Source of the DNA: Campylobacterales bacterium | GTDB lineage: Bacteria > Campylobacterota > Campylobacteria > Campylobacterales > Sulfurovaceae | Assembly: GCA_016937075.1 (NCBI GenBank) | Contig: JAFGWQ010000178.1 | Span: 1 to 28,149, forward strand | Direction: 5' to 3' | Length of the DNA stretch: 28,149 bases | In this document: piece by piece, positions 25,872 to 28,149 of the stretch | Layout of the letters: each line of letters starts with the position of its first letter | Numbering within the stretch: the first letter of the stretch is position 1 | Notes under the pieces: model-generated | Databases searched by the model: none | The model's input: the letters and a program-made list of their open reading frames with translations, nothing else | What the model was told of the DNA's origin: nothing | Translations under genes and position numbers: made by a program

Positions 25872-25907
25872 CGCTCAATACCCGCAAAGGGGAAAGGGTA
25901 TTGAACG
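25872..25907 (-). other. 12-bp stem-loop in the pilin-TPR intergenic region
   Basis: Minus strand CGTTCAATACCC-12 nt-GGGTATTGAGCG (one G-U pair). Confidence 0.7.
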
Positions 25908-25948
25908 CTGTTAACCTTTGTTTATCTATTTTGTTATATAATTAAATC

Positions 25949-25974
25949 GTCGCCGGGGATCGCTCCCCGGCGGC
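25949..25974 (-). other. GC-rich stem-loop with a GNRA tetraloop
   Basis: Minus strand CGCCGGGGA-GCGA-TCCCCGGCG, perfect 9-bp stem followed by only a weak U tract. Confidence 0.75.
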
Positions 25975-25981
25975 TATGCGT

Positions 25982-26015
25982 AAAAGGGAGGAGGCAAACC
26001 GCTTTGCCGAATCCC
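25982..26015 (-). terminator. Rho-independent terminator directly after the pilin stop codon
   Basis: Minus strand GGGA-TTC-GGCAAA-GCGG-TTTGCC-TCC-TCCC-TTTT. Confidence 0.7.
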
Positions 26016-26017
26016 AA

Positions 26018-27070
26018 TTATTTAAGAGAGATACCTACAGCATCAGAGCTTGCTCCCCAAGTATGTCCTTCAGGGCAAGATGTCGTAAAGTCAGTAACTT
26101 TTTGCGCACCGAAATACTCATAACCGCTCGCAGGAGTACGTCCGACTATCTCTAATGTGCCGTCATCTTTTTCATTTAGCGCAACAGCATGCAATGTATC
26201 TTCACCCATTCTGTCCATTGTAGCTGCAAGTCTCGGCACGACTATTACGTAGTTGCCCCAACTGAAATTGTCAGCATTTTGAAGTTGTCCAGGGCAAGTA
26301 CCTGCTTCATCCAATATACCGCTTTGTACCATTTCTCCGTCTTTACCTACACCGAGCAAGATACGGCCGATATTTTTACCTTCGTGCATAAATGCAAATG
26401 TACCGCCAACTTGTGCATTTTCAGAAGTAGCATCTTTTGGATCAACCGGAGTAGCACTTCTTGTAGCAACATTGCCGGCTACGGTAACAGTATCGCCTTT
26501 GGCATATGCCGGAACAGCAGCATTAGTAGCAGCACCCATACCTGCCATCAATACTTTAAGGTCAACAGCTACAGGCTGTCTTGTACCTCTTTCTTTAATG
26601 TTTGTACTGCCGCCTGCTTGTTGTTCGCCAAGAAGAACATTATTAACTTGTGCGAGCATTTTAACTGCGCCCATACCCATACCTCTAAGCTCTTTTGCTT
26701 CATCAGCGTTTAGTGTATAAACTTGCGGTTTGAATCTCTCTGCAAACTCGGCAGACAAGAACTCAGGCCCGTTCGTTTTATCTTCATCTGACGCAGCAGG
26801 GACAGCAGCAGTGGTACCGTTAGCATCAGTTGCAACGACCATGTTGGTCAATCCGGCAGGAAGTTTACTGTCAAGCGCATAAGCTGAATTTATAATCTTT
26901 CTTAGTCTCTCTTGGTTGGTATCGCACGCAGTATCTACGCCTTTATCCACTATACCTGCCAATTTCGGCGCTACCATAGCTACCAAAAAGCCCATGATCA
27001 CTAATACAACCAAGATTTCGATGAGCGTGAACGCACCTCTAGCCCCTGTTTTCTTTTGGTTTTTCACCAT
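26018..27070 (-). CDS. Candidate major type IV pilin, 350 aa (337 aa mature)
   Basis: Strong RBS AAGGAG before ATG 27070; RGA|FTLIEILVVLVIMGFLVAMVAPKL class III signal; first gene of the cluster with its own terminator; A/T-ending Ala/Thr/Val codons unlike the neighbouring genes. Confidence 0.85.
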   Translation of the reverse strand: MVKNQKKTGARGAFTLIEILVVLVIMGFLVAMVAPKLAGIVDKGVDTACDTNQERLRKIINSAYALDSKLPAGLTNMVVATDANGTTAAVPAASDEDKTNGPEFLSAEFAERFKPQVYTLNADEAKELRGMGMGAVKMLAQVNNVLLGEQQAGGSTNIKERGTRQPVAVDLKVLMAGMGAATNAAVPAYAKGDTVTVAGNVATRSATPVDPKDATSENAQVGGTFAFMHEGKNIGRILLGVGKDGEMVQSGILDEAGTCPGQLQNADNFSWGNYVIVVPRLAATMDRMGEDTLHAVALNEKDDGTLEIVGRTPASGYEYFGAQKVTDFTTSCPEGHTWGASSDAVGISLK

Positions 27071-27143
27071 AAGATCTCCTTTTTTGAAATATTTTATCCA
27101 TACGGTTATGATACTGATTATCACAACCGCAGAAGCGAACTTT

Positions 27144-27160
27144 AGTATAAGCAAACTTAA
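27144..27160 (-). promoter_or_regulatory. Possible sigma70 -10 box (TATACT) for the pilin gene
   Basis: Minus strand TTAAGTTTGCT-TATACT with very AT-rich upstream sequence; similar context to the -10 at 220-225. Confidence 0.3.
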
Positions 27161-27282
27161 ACTTAGATAAATAATTTGAAAATAATTATCAATATTAGAT
27201 TTTTTATTTTAAAGTATGAGGATAAATATTATAATTTGATAATATTTGTTTATATTAATATTAGTTTAATTGGTGACACTCT

Positions 27283-27308
27283 CGTCATCCTCGCAAAGGC
27301 AGGGACCA
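27283..27308 (+). repeat. CGTC-type REP / dRS3-like palindrome
   Basis: CGTCATCCTCGCAAAGGCAGGGACCA, imperfect hairpin behind a CGTC tag. Confidence 0.65.
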
Positions 27309-27325
27309 GCTTTTTTAAAAGATGT

Positions 27326-27340
27326 CATAATCGCATCATT
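27326..27340 (+). repeat. 15-nt direct repeat, copy 1
   Basis: CATAATCGCATCATT, identical to 27559-27573. Confidence 0.85.
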
Positions 27341-27437
27341 GTGAAAAGCTTTAAGCAAAAGTGAAACATACTTCACTCAGTAAAGGATTATTGCAATTTG
27401 ATCATTATTTGCCGAAGTACTTATGACAATTTTTGCG

Positions 27438-27481
27438 CTACTTTTTCTCTTGTGCTTACACTCTCTGTGAGAAAAAAGTAG
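27438..27481. repeat. Inverted repeat (12-bp stem, 1-nt bulge)
   Basis: CTACTTTTTCTC ... GAGAAAAAAGTAG. Confidence 0.6.
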
Positions 27482-27512
27482 TGAAGTAAAAACAAAGTTT
27501 AACTATATGATG

Positions 27513-27539
27513 TGGATCCCCGCCTTCGCGGGAATGACA
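27513..27539 (-). repeat. CGTC-type REP / dRS3-like palindrome (best-conserved copy)
   Basis: Minus strand TGTCATTCCCGCGAAGGCGGGGATCCA = ATTCCC-N8-GGGGAT, one mismatch from the dRS3 core ATTCCC-N8-GGGAAT. Confidence 0.8.
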
Positions 27540-27558
27540 AAATTATTTTAAATCCTGC

Positions 27559-27573
27559 CATAATCGCATCATT
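27559..27573 (+). repeat. 15-nt direct repeat, copy 2
   Basis: CATAATCGCATCATT, identical to 27326-27340. Confidence 0.85.
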
Positions 27574-27586
27574 TTAATAATGAGGT

Positions 27587-27647
27587 GTAAGGTGGGTTCA
27601 CTAACCTATCGTTTTATTATACCGGTGCGTTCACCAACGCACTATGC
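27587..27647. repeat. Inverted pair of GTAG-type REP-like hairpins (REPIN-like doublet), possibly also the terminator of the TPR gene
   Basis: GTAAGGTGGGTT-CACT-AACCTATC on plus; GCATAGTGCGTT-GGTG-AACGCACC on minus (7-bp perfect stem at 27625-27642). Confidence 0.5.
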
Positions 27648-27663
27648 GGATATTTTTACAACT

Positions 27664-28056
27664 TTAATCTTGCAGTATTCCGTTGTCTTTAAGCATTTCA
27701 AGAAGTTCACAATCGCCAAGCGCACATGCTTTTCTAGCATCAATTGACGCATTTTTATAATCGCCGGAACGTGAATATGAAACTCCTCTATTGATAATAG
27801 CTCCAAGACAATTTGGTTGTTTGGCAATAGCCGAGGAGTAATCTCTTATTGCTGATTTATAATCTTTCCTCTCATAATAAATAAGTCCTCTATTATTATA
27901 AGCCGAACAACCGTTTGGGTTTACAGAAATAGCTTTTGTATACAACTCTATTGCTTTACCAAAATTTCCATTTGCATATTGAGCATCACCCTGTTTGAGA
28001 TAATTTTCACCGTAAGCAAAAATGCCCAAAAGAAGAATCAAAAATAATTTTTTCAT
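27664..28056 (-). CDS. Small exported TPR protein
   Basis: GAAGGAG RBS before ATG 28056, signal peptide MKKLFLILLLGIFAYG, TPR units (AYNNRGLIYYERKDYKSAIRDYSSAI), C-terminal KACALGDC. Confidence 0.88.
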   Translation of the reverse strand: MKKLFLILLLGIFAYGENYLKQGDAQYANGNFGKAIELYTKAISVNPNGCSAYNNRGLIYYERKDYKSAIRDYSSAIAKQPNCLGAIINRGVSYSRSGDYKNASIDARKACALGDCELLEMLKDNGILQD

Positions 28057-28149
28057 GCTTACTCCTTCGTATAATAAATTACCAACCAAAATACTAAAAT
28101 ATGGTTGGGTTCATTAAAGACTCATAGTTTTCACAAAAGCTAACAGCAA

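Noticed and set aside
25872-26015. Possible c-di-GMP-I (GEMM) riboswitch, suggested by GGCAAACC and GCAAAG words
   Set aside because: The required order (GAAA-capped P2, then GGGACGCAAAGC, then P3) is missing; the words belong to simple hairpins on the other strand.
26018-27070. Electrically conductive (e-pilin) interpretation
   Set aside because: The pilin is long and low in aromatics (roughly 5% Phe/Tyr/Trp by eye), unlike short aromatic-rich e-pilins.
27176-27364. 62-aa plus-strand ORF, and the 61-aa minus-strand ORF at 27642-27827
   Set aside because: The first is AT-rich promoter DNA running into a REP; the second is an out-of-frame overlap with the TPR gene.
27326-27573. CRISPR-like repeat-spacer pattern
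   Set aside because: Only two 15-nt copies 233 bp apart, and no cas genes.
2608-28089. Longer N-termini given by the ORF track (3339, 6599, 10911, 12740, 13918, 21201, 27154, 28089)
   Set aside because: Downstream starts have RBS, ATGA coupling or signal peptides, whereas the extensions overlap upstream genes or lack homology-like sequence.
1-28149. Prophage, integrase, transposase, tRNA or rRNA genes, and competence genes comEC/comEA/dprA
   Set aside because: No supporting motifs were seen, so a DNA-uptake role for the pilus cannot be supported from this window.

Overview
AT-rich bacterial window, probably Campylobacterota (Sulfurimonas/Sulfurovum-like). This taxonomy is an inference from base composition, promoter style and Ala(-1) prepilin sites. 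Nearly all genes are on the minus strand. Left part (1-6.7 kb): a partial STAS-domain/MlaE-type permease, divergent chaB, a YgjP-like M48 protein, and a MacB/LolCDE-type ABC module with a LolA-like protein and a beta-barrel. Middle (6.8-10 kb): a GlcNAc-type PTS consisting of an HPr-EI fusion and NagE EIICB, with no EIIA in the window. Right part (10-27 kb): a tightly coupled type IV filament cluster. In transcription order it holds a 350-aa candidate major pilin, a TPR protein, a thioredoxin-fold protein, fused PilM-PilN, PilO, PilP, a secretin, PilU, an unknown protein, two oversized GspG-like pilins, PilB, PilC, PilT, PilD, and a lytic transglycosylase fused to a degenerate SGNH domain. The cluster combines T4aP motors and alignment proteins with T2SS-like, very large subunits and is the best candidate for an undescribed system. 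The major pilin gene is bracketed by REP/dRS3-like repeats and stacked hairpins. No rRNA, tRNA, CRISPR array or transposase gene was recognised. All family assignments are from motif reading only; no database search was run.
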